A stretch of DNA of 64,000 bases from Octopus sinensis (lineage: Eukaryota): positions 44,888,001 through 44,952,000 of the forward strand of contig NC_043007.1 of assembly GCF_006345805.1 (NCBI RefSeq). The letters run 5' to 3'. The notes under the pieces were generated by a model, which was given only the letters and a program-made list of their open reading frames with translations, searched no databases and had not been told where the DNA came from. Positions 10,790 to 24,461 of the stretch are shown here, in pieces. A program made the translations under genes and the position numbers. Position 1 is the stretch's first letter. Each line of letters starts with the position of its first letter.

Positions 10790-12830
10790 CAGTCTGCTAA
10801 GATTAACAAAGGTCACAATGCTGTCAAAACAAAGCTGTTCTCATCACTAAAATACAAATTTCTGTGTACTAATACTTATCGTGTTGCTAGCTCCCAGAGG
10901 AACGTGCAGCATTTTATGGACTCCTTATCAACAACATGCAGTGCATTGGGTCTAACAATCAGACTGGAAAGACAATCATAACATACCAACCTGCACCATG
11001 TAAAGCCTTTTCTGAGCCACATATACAAGGTCTGATCAATAAGTATCCGGATTGGTGCCATGGTAATGAAGCTAAAGCATGCAGAGTAAAGCCATTAGCA
11101 CAGATTGACCTTGGACTCTGCTCTGCATGTGCTCTAAGTTTTAACATTCTAGCTCAAATTCTGCTGTTTACAGCAGTGCTTGGAAGGAACATGTGTAGCA
11201 TGTGATCATTACATTGACCATGGCAGAAAAAGTTGTCATGGTGATACCTGCTCATAGGCCTATGCAAAGTTGCAGAAAGTGTATGGAGAAGAGTGTATAA
11301 GCTGTACACAAGTGTACGAGTGGTTCAGATGTTTCCAAGATGGCTGAAAAAATGTCGATAGTGACAAACATTCTGGGAGACCCGCAACCAGCCGAACTGA
11401 AAAAAGCATTGCAAATGTACATGTAGCTGTGAGGGGAAATTGTTGAATCACCATCTGTGAGTTATCAGAGGATATGCAGATTAGTTATGGCCCAGTTCAG
11501 CCCATTATCACTGAAGATTTGGATATGGGATGCATCTCTGCCAAGTTTGTACCAAAACTGTTTCCAGCTGACTAAAAGACACTCGGGTTTCAGTTGCAAA
11601 AGATCTCCTTGATTGTATTGAGAATGATGAAAACTTTTTTAAAACTTTGTGTAGGCCTCTGAGCAGGTATCGCTAAGCTTTTAGGAAAATTTGATGCAGA
11701 TTCTCTGCTCAACTTTCTCTTTCATGGTCAATGTGATGATCACATGCTACACACATTCCTTGCTTTAGCTTCGTTACTAAGGCAACAGTCTGGATACTTA
11801 TTGATCAGACCATGTATGTGTGTATGGTGAGGAATTGCAGGTTGTGGATACATTTGTGTATCTAGGTGGCACTGTTGCCATAAATGTTCCTGATGATGAA
11901 ATCTCTCACCAAATCAAGAAAGCCAGTGATGCATTTGGAAAATTAGCCAAACATCTATAGTCTCAGTATGGAATTTCAATTGAAACAATGTTGAAGTTTG
12001 CAGTACTTGTGTTGTCTTTGATGCTATATGCATGTAAGACCTTAATTACTTACCAGAGACATATGAAAAGGCTGGAGCAATTTCACCAACAGTGTCTGTC
12101 GTATACTGGATATTTGATGGCAGATGTATGTAAGTGATTCTGAAGTTTTCAAATGCAGTCAGTCTCCCAGTATATAGTCGCTATACTTCAACACTGATTA
12201 TGATGGAGTGGTCATGAAGTCAAGATGGAAGATGACTGGATCCCTAAGCTATTTCTGTATGGTGAGTTAGCTCAGACGAAAAGACCAAATGCACAAACTG
12301 AAATTAGAATATAAGAACTGCATGAAGAATACACTGGAGAATGTAAAAAAATCCTGGAAAATGAATGAAAAAAATCTTGCTCTAGATCATTCATCGTGGA
12401 GAAAAGCAATGTGTGATGAGAGGAGGAAATTCAAATAAAATCATGTTGAATATGAACAGATCAAGGGAGATGTTCATAGGCATCCTGATGGGAATTTGCC
12501 CAAGTATATTAGTGCACAGTCCAGTGTAGCATGTAACAAGTGTGGGCATATCTGTTTAAGTAAAGCAGGCCTCAGAAGTCCTCAGAGAACCTACACAGGA
12601 AAGTTGTTAACTATGCATTATACATCTCTATGTGTAAATAGTATGGAAAAGAATGTACATCAAGAGGCAGACTTAAACATTATATGAAGTTCCACACCAA
12701 AAATATTGTAACGCCTACTGCAGGAGGTGTCCATCATTGCCATGTCTGTACAAAGTAGTGTAAGTCCCTAGCAGGACTGAAGACCCACATCTGTGTAGAT
12801 TATGCTTGAGAGAACAATCGAACAATGGCA
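10790..12830 (+). mobile_element. 5'-truncated RTE (BovB-like) LINE remnant with three C-terminal C2H2 finger relics, interrupted by a mariner
   Basis: Translates as CSALGLTI..KTIITYQPAPCKAFSEPHI|CVYGEELQVVDTFVYLGGT...DEISHQIKKASDAFGKL...RHMKRLEQFHQQCL, typical of RTE RT C-termini. C2H2 relics lie at 12532-12594, 12633-12695 and 12738-12800. Confidence 0.85.
11026..11814 (+). mobile_element. Internally deleted mariner nested in the RTE LINE
   Basis: ~55-bp TIRs (caaggtctgatcaataagtatcc.../...ggatacttattgatcagaccatg) with TA duplication at 11024-25 and 11815-16. Internal transposase HTH remnant VYGEECISCTQVYEWFRCFQDG..SGRP..AKFVPK. Confidence 0.9.
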
Positions 12831-12959
12831 TTGCTTGAAATTGAGTTGCAGCTGTCATGTATGTAAAAGTGTGCTATTCCAGAAGTATAATATTTAGTGA
12901 GGATATGAGGTAGTGGTATATGTGTACCTTGTTAAATATGCCTTAAGACAGCATAGTAC

Positions 12960-13116
12960 AGGTGTAGCTGTGTGGTAAGAAGCTTGCTTTCCAACCATAT
13001 GGTTCTGGGTTCAGTCCCACTGTGTGGTGCCTTGGCAAGTGTCTTGTACTATAGCCTCAGGCTGACCGAAGTCTTGTGAGTGGATTTGATAGATGGAAAC
13101 TGAAAGAAGCCTGTCG

Positions 13117-13153
<37 letters not shown>

Positions 13154-13370
13154 CTTTGTGTCTGTATTTCTACCCCATCACCACTTGACAACTGGTGTTC
13201 ATGTATTTACGTCCTCATAACTTAGCAGTTCGCCAAAAAGGAAGCTGATAGGTTGAGTACCAGGCTTAAGAAATAAGTCCACAGGTTGATTTGTGTGACT
13301 AAAATCCTTCAAGATGGTGCTCCAGCATGGCCTCAGTCAAATGACTGAAACAAGTAAAAAGAAAAAAAGA
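12960..13370 (+). mobile_element. tRNA-derived SINE, family A (bipartite, internal TA/TG microsatellite)
   Basis: gtggtaagaagcttgc...ggttcagtcccact head and ...gtcaaatgactgaaacaagtaaaa tail, matching other copies in the window. Confidence 0.85.
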
Positions 13371-13791
13371 ATATAGCATGAATATGAGAAGGTTGCAGTG
13401 GGTATGAGTGTCAGGTCGGCATACTTATTTGTTTTATGAGAAACCTGATAAAGTTGGTACTTTTTGCTTTTTTTAAAAATTGTTCTAATGGTGTTGTCTT
13501 GTATCAAAGGGCAAGAAACTGAGAGACATTGTTTGAGTGCTTTTTGAAGTTGCTAGACAAATGCTAATGAAGTTGTAAGTTGACAAACAATGTGTAACTC
13601 AAGATCTCATCTTGTTTCAAGATAACTAGTTAATACACATACACATTCATGTATATACACATACGTGTGTGTTTGTATGTATATATATGCTCTCAAATGC
13701 ACATACACACACCTATGTATATATTCATTTTCTATATACATATGAATTTGTAAATATGTGTTTGTGTATGTATCTGCGCATGTATGTATGT

Positions 13792-13792
<1 letters not shown>

Positions 13793-13827
<35 letters not shown>

Positions 13828-14173
13828 GTTTAACGTCCGCTTTCCATGCTAGCATGGGTTGGACGGTTCAACTGGGGTTTGGCAAGCCCGAAGGCTGCAC
13901 CAGGCCAGTCAGATCTGGCAGTGTTTCTACAGCTGGATGCCCTTCCTAACGCCAACCACTCCGAGAGTGTAGTGGGTGATTTTATGTATAGCACGTGAAG
14001 AAGCACCCTCTACACTCATGGAGTGGTTGGCGTTAGGAAGGGCATCCAGCTGTAGAAACACTGCTAGATCAGACTGGAACCTGGTGCAGCCTCCTGGCTT
14101 CCCAGACCCCGGTTGAACTGTCCAACCCATGCTAGCATGGAAAACGGACGTTAAATGATGATGATGATGATGA
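13793..14173. repeat. Fold-back: two head-to-head copies of an (ATG)n-tailed SINE 3' part
   Basis: Arms 13827-13980 and 14001-14157 are reverse complements, including a 45-bp perfect run. About 20-nt spacer; (CAT)n and (ATG)n outer tails. Confidence 0.95.
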
Positions 14174-14189
14174 TCTTGTGGCTTAGTAG

Positions 14190-14440
14190 TGCATGGCTTA
14201 GTGGTTAGGGTGTTGCACTCATGATTAGTAGATCATGATTTCAATTCTTAGACTGGTTGTTGTGTTGTGTTCTTGAGCAAAACACTTCATCTACATTGCT
14301 CTGCAATCACTCCGACACCTGATGCATGGTACACTGTGCACCTGTTTAGACCATATTGATTTGATGGACAGAGTGAGGTAATGTGCAGCATGAACATTTG
14401 ATCATTATAAACAGATCAATTTTGCAGGTCGTTTGGCAAA
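14190..14440 (+). mobile_element. tRNA-derived SINE, family C
   Basis: tggcttagtggttagggtgttgcactc head. A related copy is on the minus strand at 61240-61505 and a fragment at 7436-7535. Confidence 0.7.
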
Positions 14441-16349
14441 TTCATCATCTTCAATGGGGGAGTCCATCATATTGTATCATCATTTATCATCTCTTCCATG
14501 CTGGTGCTAGAGTTGGATGATTTGACTGGATTCACTGAGCTAGAGGACTGTATAAACCTTTTGTGTCGACATCGACATATTCATCGACATAACTGGATGC
14601 CCTTCCTAATGTTAACTTTTTTGATGGAGGGTACTGGTACTTTTTTTCATGGTTTCAACATTGGCAAAGTTACTGAGTAACTTGCAAAACAAAGAAACCC
14701 TCTCAACTGAGTAGGAGTGTAGTAGAGAAAGAGGTGGCTTATGCCACATGTTGAGGGGCTAAAGTATGATAGAGGGTCAGGAACAGATGTCTTGCTATAG
14801 AGGGGTGAAATAGCTACTACATTATATAGGGGTAAATGGGTAGAAAAATAAAGATGCTGGTGATAAAGTGTCAGGGTACAAGAAAGTGAGTAGAATATGG
14901 ACAGAGGATCAGGAAGGGTAAGAGGGTAGGTTTGTATAGATTTGAGAGGAGAGTGATAGATAATTAGAGAAGGGGATAGAGGTGAATGTAATGAATGGTG
15001 AACAATGGTGGAAGCATATATGTGGCTCAGGAAGAAGAAGTGGTAAGAAGCAGTACAGAAAGTGTGGAAAATAGCAATATAATAAAACTGTAGAAAGGTG
15101 AGAAATAAGGAGATGATGTGTGGGATGGGAGAGTGGAGGAGAGGGAGAGAGAGAGATGTACAGTGACAGAAATGGAAGTCAGAGGTATGTTGGGATGAAT
15201 ATAGTGAGTAGTAGACAAAGGTTGGGGAACATCAGTGGCATATATGAGAAGGTATTAAGAATGATAGCAGATATGAGAGGGTGTTAAGGATGAGGTATGA
15301 CAGTCATAAGATGTAGCTCAAGGGAAAGAGAGAAATAATTGGCAGCACAGCAAGGGGTGATTAGTGAAAAATAATGTGAGAAGGGATGAAGTTGAAAATG
15401 AGGGATTTGTTGTTATAAAGGAAGTGATTCCAGGAAGAGGGGCAATTTGTAGTGCAAAAGGGGATGAAATTTATGCTATTCTGTTCTTATACAAGCTGTT
15501 GAATAGTAAGCATTGTTAAATGAGTGGAGGATTGGATGTTTAGAAGATGAGTAGTTGGGAAAACTTAACAGAAACAGGTTGGGTGCAGGGATAGGGTTTA
15601 GACATGCCTTTAGGACCTTTCTTTTTGTTTGTCATCTCCTCCATGAGGCTCAACATCCTGATGTCAGTCTTTACTACTTTGTCCCAAGTGTTCCTGGATT
15701 CTCTCCTTTTCCACAAATTCCATCTACATTTAGCAATCCATATTGGCAGTTCTTTATGCTGCTGACTTAATCCATACCCATCACTTGACCATATCTGTTC
15801 AATCCCCCCTCTCGCATGCTACATCTAATTCTTTTTATGCTGAATTTTTCTCTCAAAACACATAAATTTACAGACAAATATATACTTTTGTAAATAAGCA
15901 TAAAAAAAAAGAAATTTGTAAGTATATCTGACATGCTATATTTTTAATTTTCACATTTTGTAAAAGAATATTGTTTACATTTGTCAGCCAAAACAAATAT
16001 GCTTTTGACTGAATGTTACAAAATAACTTTCCCATTGTATAAAAAACACATGTAAAACAAGAATTCAAAACTTTGTTTTTGACACAAGGGAAAGGTATGC
16101 TGTTTTAGGAAACTCTTGGCTGAATATGTTAACAAGTTTTGAATACAAGATGGTTACCATTTCACTTGGTTTATGCTTATTGTTGTCACAAAAAATACAT
16201 GTGTGTGGTATAATCTCTATTTCCCTCTTTTGTTGATTCTGAAACTTTGTTGAAAATTATAGATTTTTCTGACTGAAAATTAGTGTATATAAAGAAAAGC
16301 TGAAGATGACTTATTTTTTAATAAATCTATTGTAGGTATATAGATAGAT

Positions 16350-16407
<58 letters not shown>

Positions 16408-16477
16408 TAGAAATGATGATGATCATCATCATTAGCAGCATTATTATTATTCATTCACCAAACAATAGGAGGCTCAC

Positions 16478-16596
16478 CTCTGGCCTGACGTTTTTTTGGG
16501 TATCATTGCTTTCTGTAGCACCTGTGTGTGTGCGCATTTATTTTGTGTGGTTGATAGGTCATTAACCCATGGCATGGTGGCATTGTACTCCTTCTT
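16478..16596 (-). other. Candidate antisense exon (119 nt; one open frame KKEYNATMPWVNDLSTTQNKCAHTQVLQKAMIPKKTSGQ)
   Basis: Minus-strand acceptor atgcctttcttcag, donor GAG|gtgagc, and a gccaccATG context. Lies in apparently non-repetitive sequence. No homology recognised. Confidence 0.3.
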
Positions 16597-17787
16597 CTGA
16601 AGAAAGGCATAATATAAATATAAGGAAAGTATGTGAACACTGTTAAGCAAGGAAAATCTGTCTTTAGTTTCTTACAGTGCTTATACTGTTGCTTACAGCT
16701 GTGAACTATAAAGCTTTGAAATATTAAATTCCATTTAGGATTCCAAAGAGTTTGCTATTTTGACTATGGAAATATTACAACACCAAGGACAAAGTATAAG
16801 CTGTCAATTGTTCAGCTGAATGCTCATAACCTGTTGACCAAATCATCTGTGGTTTTGATTTATAATAATATGCAAAGAGAAGGAAACAAAACCAATAGGA
16901 GAGAAAAAAATAAGGAACAAAATTACATATTCAGGGCTTACGATTATAATTTTCTTATTTATCGGGCATAGTTATGAGGTAATGAATTTCATTTCATAAA
17001 CACATAGTTTTGGCTTCTGTAGATTCATGCTGACCAAGCCTTGTGAATGAAACAGGAAAGAAATTGTGTATGTGTATACATAAACATATGCATATATATA
17101 TAAACATACACACATATATCTGAGACAAATTGAAAGTTGTTTATACATACATATAAGTGTGTGTGTGGAGAGAGAGAGAGAGAGATTATAACATATCTGA
17201 CATTTCAGCTCTTAAATTCATGGGCTTCAATAGTTGATACCTTTTTTACATTAACTCTCCAAGAAGTTTTGGAGTGAAGCATTTTTCTTCTTTTAAGTAA
17301 ATGTTATGCTAGCAGTGTTTATTTTACATACGAAGCTTTACTGTGGACTATACTCAAAAGTTTTAGCTGATACTGCATTTGTGCGTAAAACATGTTTATT
17401 AGATAAATAAGACTGACATAAATGTTTGTCATTAAGCTTAAATTAGGGACCATTTCAAGTATTCCTGTACTTTCATCAGAAATATACTATCCTACAGTTT
17501 GCTGTTACACTGTCAGTCAAATGGGAGTATGCAAAGCTTAATAAGTTCGAAAGCTTATAGCTATGATGACAGTGGTTAGTGTACTAATCTCATGACTATT
17601 CTGTTTCAGATGAAGTTAACTGGTTAATCAGTCTTTAGTACTATATTTGGTCAAGATAGTTTGTACCTCTCACTCACAACATCTCACTGTAATGATAGGG
17701 AAAAAATCTATTCTTTTTTCATTCTGAAGCAATAAGTATAGTTTGCACTTTTCACTATGTCTTTATATTTTGATAGAAACAAAAGTA

Positions 17788-18652
17788 CAAGGTGATATCA
17801 AAAAGTTCCCAGACTAGTTCCGTAGCATACCAACAGATAACAGCACATGGTTGTGTGTGCAGTGAGAGCTAGAAGTAACCTTCATGAAGCAGTGTTCCAA
17901 GTGATATTGCTGTGTTTACTTCACAAGTTGTGAAATTTGTGTTTTTGTGATCATGTGTATGCTGTAGTCTGCAATTTTGTCATGGACAGGAACAAAAAGC
18001 CAACATAAAATTTTGTGTTAAACTCAGGAAATCAGCTACAGAGACATTGCGCATACTTTGGCAAGCTTACGGCAATAAGGCAATGGGTTGTATGCAATGT
18101 TTTGTGTGGTACAGGTGCTTCAAAAGATAAAGAATATTCCTGGAAGATGATGAGTGATCTGGAAGACCTGTCATGAGTGTCAACCCTGAAAATGTGGTAT
18201 TGTGCATCAAGAATTTGTCCCCCAGGGCTATACCATCAATTGAGGGCAAAAGTGACTGGATCTGTGGAGTGCAAAGAATTGGCTTCTTCACAACAACAAT
18301 GCACCTGTCATCAAGCTTTCTTCACAGATGAGTTTGTCACCAAAAACAACATGCTTCCACACCTGCTCTATACTCCAGATTTAGCACCCATAGGCTTCCA
18401 TCTCTTCCCCAAGATGAAAATACAGCTCAAAGGTTGCCATTTCAACACCATTGTTGAGAATGAATCATAGAAGGTTCTTGACTTGTTTACAGAAAACAAC
18501 TTTCAGGATGGATTCCAAAAGTGGCAGGAACATTGTGACTGGTGTATTGTTGCACAAGGTGACTATTTCAAAGGAAATGATGTTAAAACTTAAGTAAATA
18601 AGTTATTTTTTATTAAACATAACGAATCTGGGAACCTTTTGATACCACCTTG
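17788..18652 (+). mobile_element. Internally deleted mariner element
   Basis: TIRs caaggtgatatcaaaaagttcccaga / tctgggaaccttttgataccaccttg with TA flanks. Remnant motifs SGRP, YTPDLAP..FHLFPKMK and GDYFKGN. Confidence 0.9.
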
Positions 18653-19915
18653 TAGAATATTCTTGGTTTTCATATTATCAATCATAAATACACTTTGCAC
18701 TTCTCACTTTCAATATTTTCATTTTGTTGTCCAAATCTCCACTCTGTGTGGATTGGATAGATACCTGTTACATCATTGAAACATGTTGGATCTGCGCCTA
18801 GGTGGTGCCTGTGATGGAATTGAATAAGCACTAGGAAAGAATAATAATATGTAGTATCAAATACTATTATCAAATTTGAGGGTTTTTATCACCTGGGATC
18901 ATTGAAATATTTATGAGGGTCACTTATAAAATTGAGTGTTGCCAATTGTGTCTGTTTGAAACCTAAACCTTATCAGGAAAGAAAAGGACTAAAACAAAAG
19001 AACTGATCTACTAAGGCCACATAATCTGCTAGAAATAGCAGCCAAATCTTGCTCAAATCACAAGCTAACACCTTTAATGATGGAAATATGCAAGGTCTCC
19101 TTGTTTGTAAGGTGGAATAGGGCTACTTTTGGGCCCCACCTGAGGATATAAGGAACCTCTTCTTTCCATCAGAGGTTCACAGGGTGCTTTCTTGTATTTT
19201 TCAAACTCTTCTTTAGCTGTCTGGGTTCTGGATTCTAGGTTCCAGGTCGGTAATCTGATTGAATCCCTATTTCATAGACCCTTAAAAGATACATTGGCTA
19301 ATGTAGTCCCAGATACTCTGCAACCTGAAATTAATACATAGGAGGATGAAGCAGAGATGTAGCAAAGTGTGGTATTGAGGTGGGGGTGAGGGCAGCTGTC
19401 ATCGTCGTCATTGTCATCTTTTCATTATTAAAATTGTTTTCTTTTTAAACTTTTATAAGTCTTTCGTTGGCAGATCTGGTAGAGCATCTGGTTCCCATTA
19501 TGTTCAAGAGTTCAAATCACTCAGGACTTGACATAGCTTTTCATCCTCCTGGAGTCCATAAAACAAAGTGCCACTTTCCTTCCTTCCTGTACTTCCAGAC
19601 TTTGGCATTTTGTTTTTCTTTCTTTCTTTCTCTTCTACTTTTTTCCTTTATCACCTTACATCACATTCTTTTGCTGGTCACCCCACCACCCCGCCTCATT
19701 TCTTCTTTCATGTAAGAGTTAAAAGTAAGATTAGGCAACTAGCAGAAAGTGGTCATTTAGAGTTGTCACGTTTGTGTGAGTATGTGTGCGTGTGGGGGGG
19801 GGGGCGTAATAGGGTAGGAGGGAGCTTGTAAAGAGGAGTGTCCTTCTGGGTCTAAATATGATGTAGTTCAATAAAAAATCTAAAGCACAACTTGAATATG
19901 TTCTTGTTGTTCATA

Positions 19916-19962
<47 letters not shown>

Positions 19963-20221
19963 GTGCTGCTGCTACTACTATTGTTACTGTTACTACTAAC
20001 CACATTTTTTACAGTTTGCTTTCACTGCAATCCCAAACGAGTCTGTATGGCTTTTAATCATTCCCAAGGCAGGGTTAAACGAGAAGAGACTTTTCCAATC
20101 ATATGGTTGCATAGTGGGCTTCTTAACCACACACATTTCAATTTTTTCTACATTTCTTCTAACCAACTGTCTTAAAACTGGCTGAAAAATGCAGTCAAAA
20201 GAATCATAATTTCTGAACAGT

Positions 20222-20635
20222 AGGTGCAGGTGTGGCTTTGTGGTAAGAATCTTGCTTACTAACCACATGGTTCCGGGTTCAGTCCCACCATGTGGTACCT
20301 TGTGCAAGTGTCTTCTGCTATAGCCTCAGATCAACCAAAAGCCTTGTGAGTGGATTTGGTTGGTGGAAACTAAAAGAAGCTTGTGTGTGTGTCTGTGTGC
20401 ATGTCTTTGTTTCTGTGTTTGTTCCCCACTACTGTTCGACAACTGGTATTGGTGTGTTTATGTCCTTATAACTTAGCAGTTCAGGAAAAGAGACCTATAG
20501 AATAAATACCAGGCTAAAAAAAAAAAAATAATAAGTACTAGGGTTGATTCATTTAACAAAAAATTCTTCAAGGCAGTGCCCCAGCATGGTTGCAATCCAA
20601 TGACTAAAACAAGTAAAAAAGTAAAAGATAAAAAG
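20222..20635 (+). mobile_element. SINE family A copy
   Basis: Same head and tail as the 12960 and 25620 copies. Confidence 0.85.
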
Positions 20636-20991
20636 AAATTCTCAGTTTTATGATTAGACGTACACCAAGTAAATCTGTTACCTGGCAAATTGCGAGACGT
20701 TTCACATTAAACAATGTGACAGCCAATAACATCACATAACACTCTCGTCACTCCAAGCCACCGACTCAACCTTATCATCTCTCCTCTGTTCTGGAAAAAA
20801 GATCAACAGCTCTCTGTACTTTGAATGTTCATCTTTGTAATGTATTCTGACATTTTGTCTGAATTGTTAAAAATTTGTGGTTCCCCCACAATTTTAGCAC
20901 TCTAGATGATTACTTATTTCACCTAGTAAGCATTACTGACAATAATTTTGTATAATACATTTTATTTGATTAGGATAATATGTATGTGTGC

Positions 20992-21038
<47 letters not shown>

Positions 21039-21092
21039 GGAGAAATTATACAAAATATATAAGTGGATGATGAGTAAAGCTAAATGCCCATC

Positions 21093-21135
<43 letters not shown>

Positions 21136-21136
21136 G

Positions 21137-21440
21137 AAGCGGAATGGCCCAGTGGTTAGGGTAGCGGACTCGCAGTCGTAGGATCGTGGTTTCGATTCCC
21201 AGACTGGGCATTGTGAGTGTTTATTGAGCGAAAACACCCAAAGTTCCATGAGGCTTTGGCAGGGGGTGGTGGCGATCCCTGGTGTACTCTTTCGCCACAA
21301 CTTTCTCTCACTCTTTCTTCTGTTGGCCTGCTCACTTAGCCAGCAGGGTGGCATCATTTGAAGGCTAAAACAATGCAAAGTGCATTGTGACCAGCGATGT
21401 GTAGCAACATCTGATAGCCTGGTCGGTCATGGTGATCACG
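21137..21440 (+). mobile_element. tRNA-derived SINE, family B
   Basis: A box tggcccagtgg and B box ggtttcgattcc, followed by a non-tRNA body shared with 54386-54560. Confidence 0.85.
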
Positions 21441-21467
21441 GAGAGTCATCATGTATGTATGGACGTA

Positions 21468-21504
<37 letters not shown>

Positions 21505-22194
21505 CATCACAACATCATCAATACCATCATTTAACATCTGCTTTCCATGCTGGCATAGGTTAGACAGTTTGACTGAAACTGATAAGCTGTGCAGCTGCAC
21601 CAGATTCCAGTCTGATTTGGCATTGGATCTGATGCAGTTCTCCAGCTTACCAGTTTCAGTCAAATTGTCTCACCTAACCCATGTGTGTGTTGTGCCTTTG
21701 TGTCTGTGTCCTCTCACTACTGCTTGACAACTGAATTTGGTGTGTTCATGTCCCTGGAACTTAGCAGTTCAGCAAAAGACACCAACAGAATAAGTACTAG
21801 GCTTAAAGAATAATATGTCCTGGAGGTGGAGTTGTTTGACTAAAAAACCCTTTAAGGTGGTGCCCCAGCATAGCTACAGTCAAATGACTGAAACAAGTAA
21901 AAGATAAAAGATATTGAAACTATTGAGGGCGTCTTTGATAAAGTTTTGATGTGAAATACTAAATAATGGTCATTGCATTATGAGTTCAACTCCCACAATG
22001 GTCAATTCCACCTGTATTTTGGGGTTAATAAAATAAATAAAAGTCAGGTATTGGGGTTGATGTATGCCTCCAATTTTTTTCTTTGGGTCAAATAATTTAA
22101 ATATTCCAAGTTCAGTCAGTGTAGCATAATCATAGGTGAGGACTGTATCTATAATGTTTTGATAACTTGCAGTACTGGGTTCAAATCCAACCAT

Positions 22195-22415
22195 TGGTTT
22201 CAAATTTTGGCACTAGGCCAGCAAGTTCAAGGGAGATGGTAAGTTGATTACATTGACCCCATTGATCAACTGGTACTTATTTCGTTGATCCTGAAAGGAT
22301 GAAAGTTAAAGTTGATCTTAGTGGAATTTGAACTCAGAATGAAAAGACATATGAAATGCTGCTAAGCATCTTGCCAGGTTGCTAATGATCCTGCCACCTT
22401 GCCACCTTCAGTGGT
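22195..22415 (-). mobile_element. Interspersed repeat/SINE family E
   Basis: Reverse complement of the ggcggc(a/g)agctggcaga...aaatttgaaaccaat element at 36489-36680 and 26135-26282. Further minus copies at about 32690-32920, 47282-47590 and 61090-61215. Confidence 0.75.
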
Positions 22416-23114
22416 TCTTTCATATTGATTGATCTACAAATGTATTGGATGTAAGAGGGAGGACCAATAAACAAGAAGAGGCAGGGTGAAGGGAGGACAA
22501 TGAACTGTTGGATCACCTGACTTCTCACTATAATTATCCCCACCACCATCAACACTACCATTATTTTTCTATTGTTACTAATATCAATCATGATGATGAT
22601 GATCATCATTATTATCACTGTCATTACCACTGCTATTGACATCATTGTTGCTGTTGCAGCCATCACTATCACCACCAAAACCACCACCACCACCACAACC
22701 ACCACCACCACCACCATCACCATCATCATCATCAGCACCATTTGCATTTGTTTTCCCTATCACGAAGCTAAAAAATGCTTATATTGCAAATTCAGAATTA
22801 TTGTAGCAGCAGCAGCAGCATATACTTTCCTATAGAATTCACTCTCTTTGATAAGTATTGTTTAACTTTTAAACTTATTTTCTGCCTATTAATGTTTAAA
22901 CATTTCCCTACCTTTGTAATGCGTTTTTCTCTTTTGCATTCTATCAATACAGCTTAGTATTAATACATATGTGTATGCATGCTTTGTTATCATTCTACAG
23001 CTGCTTTCCATGCTCACATACACATGCTCTCTCTCTCTCTCTATATATATATATATCATCATCATCATCATCATCATCATCGTTTAGCGTCTGTTTTCCA
23101 TGCTAGCATGGGTT

Positions 23115-23151
<37 letters not shown>

Positions 23152-24461
23152 CATTATATGTGCATATTGAATGGCTTTTCCAAGTTTTACAGCAGTGATA
23201 CTGGATGCCTTTTGCTTTACTACTGTTTCATTTGTCATGTATATATATATATATATATATACATATAGATACACACATTAATGGTTGTAATGTATGTATG
23301 CACCTCTCACATTTGAGAGGTGCATCTATGATATGCATTTATTTATACTCATGTGTGCATTTATATATTTTGAAGTAGAAAATATCAGTGAAACAGGAAA
23401 CCCAAGGCATGTTAGGTCAATGACTCAATGACTTTCTACAGAAGTTTACAACTTTAAAAGTAATGTACATATACATGCACCTGCACAAATGTACATATAT
23501 ATATATATATATGTAAAATAACAAACTGAGGAAAAGAAATCCTTCAAAAGGGTGTGTTAAACATCCAATTCACTGGTATGTCAGTTGGATACCATATAAA
23601 TATTGGTATAATTCAATTATAAAGATAAATTAAATATAGAGATATCCTATTGACAATCCAATGATTTATTTATATTACAATATTACATTAAATACTACAA
23701 ACATAATATTATATAACATAAATAATTACAAAAACCATAAAAGGCCAACAAATTGTTTCAACTTATATATATTTTTTCTGATATACATAACCACAGTTCC
23801 ATTATATATAAAGTCACTTCAGGGTCATAGTTTAGAAAAAGATGAAATTTACATGGAATTTTGTCTTTTATGGTTTTTGTAATTATTTATGTTTTATAAT
23901 ATTATGTTATGTATTTAATGTAATATTGTAATATAAATAAATTATTGATTGTCAATAGTATATCTCTATATTTAATTTATCTATGGATATATATGTATAT
24001 CTATCTATCTGTCTGTGTATGTGTGTGTGTGTGTGCATGTGTATGTGCATGTATGACTGTGTGCCTAATTTCACTTTGGATTAGCTCTGCACAGGTGTCC
24101 CTGTTTAGTTATAAGTATACAAATCTCTTTCACATAAGCAGAGACCGTCTGACAGTGAAGCCATATGCACACAGACACAAATTCACAGCGAAACGAAAAT
24201 CATCCACACACCAATGAAAAGGCAACCACACAATGCCTTGCCCTACAATCCTGTCAAAAACATTGACACCATTCAGCATTTGTTAATTCATTTCACTATT
24301 ATTTTCTGATATTCTCACATCATTTGTACTTTCATTGCAACTTACTGATATTCCTTATCAAAAGCATTTCTCATTCCCTTAAGCTATTCTTCTATATGAT
24401 ATTCCTATTTTCCTTGCATTACTGTAATATAGTGTCCAAATTTCATTTCACTATTACTTAC

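Noticed and set aside
21137-21215. tRNA gene (also 54386-54460 and 5178-5245)
   Set aside because: A and B boxes are present, but there is no complete acceptor stem and each continues into a shared SINE body.
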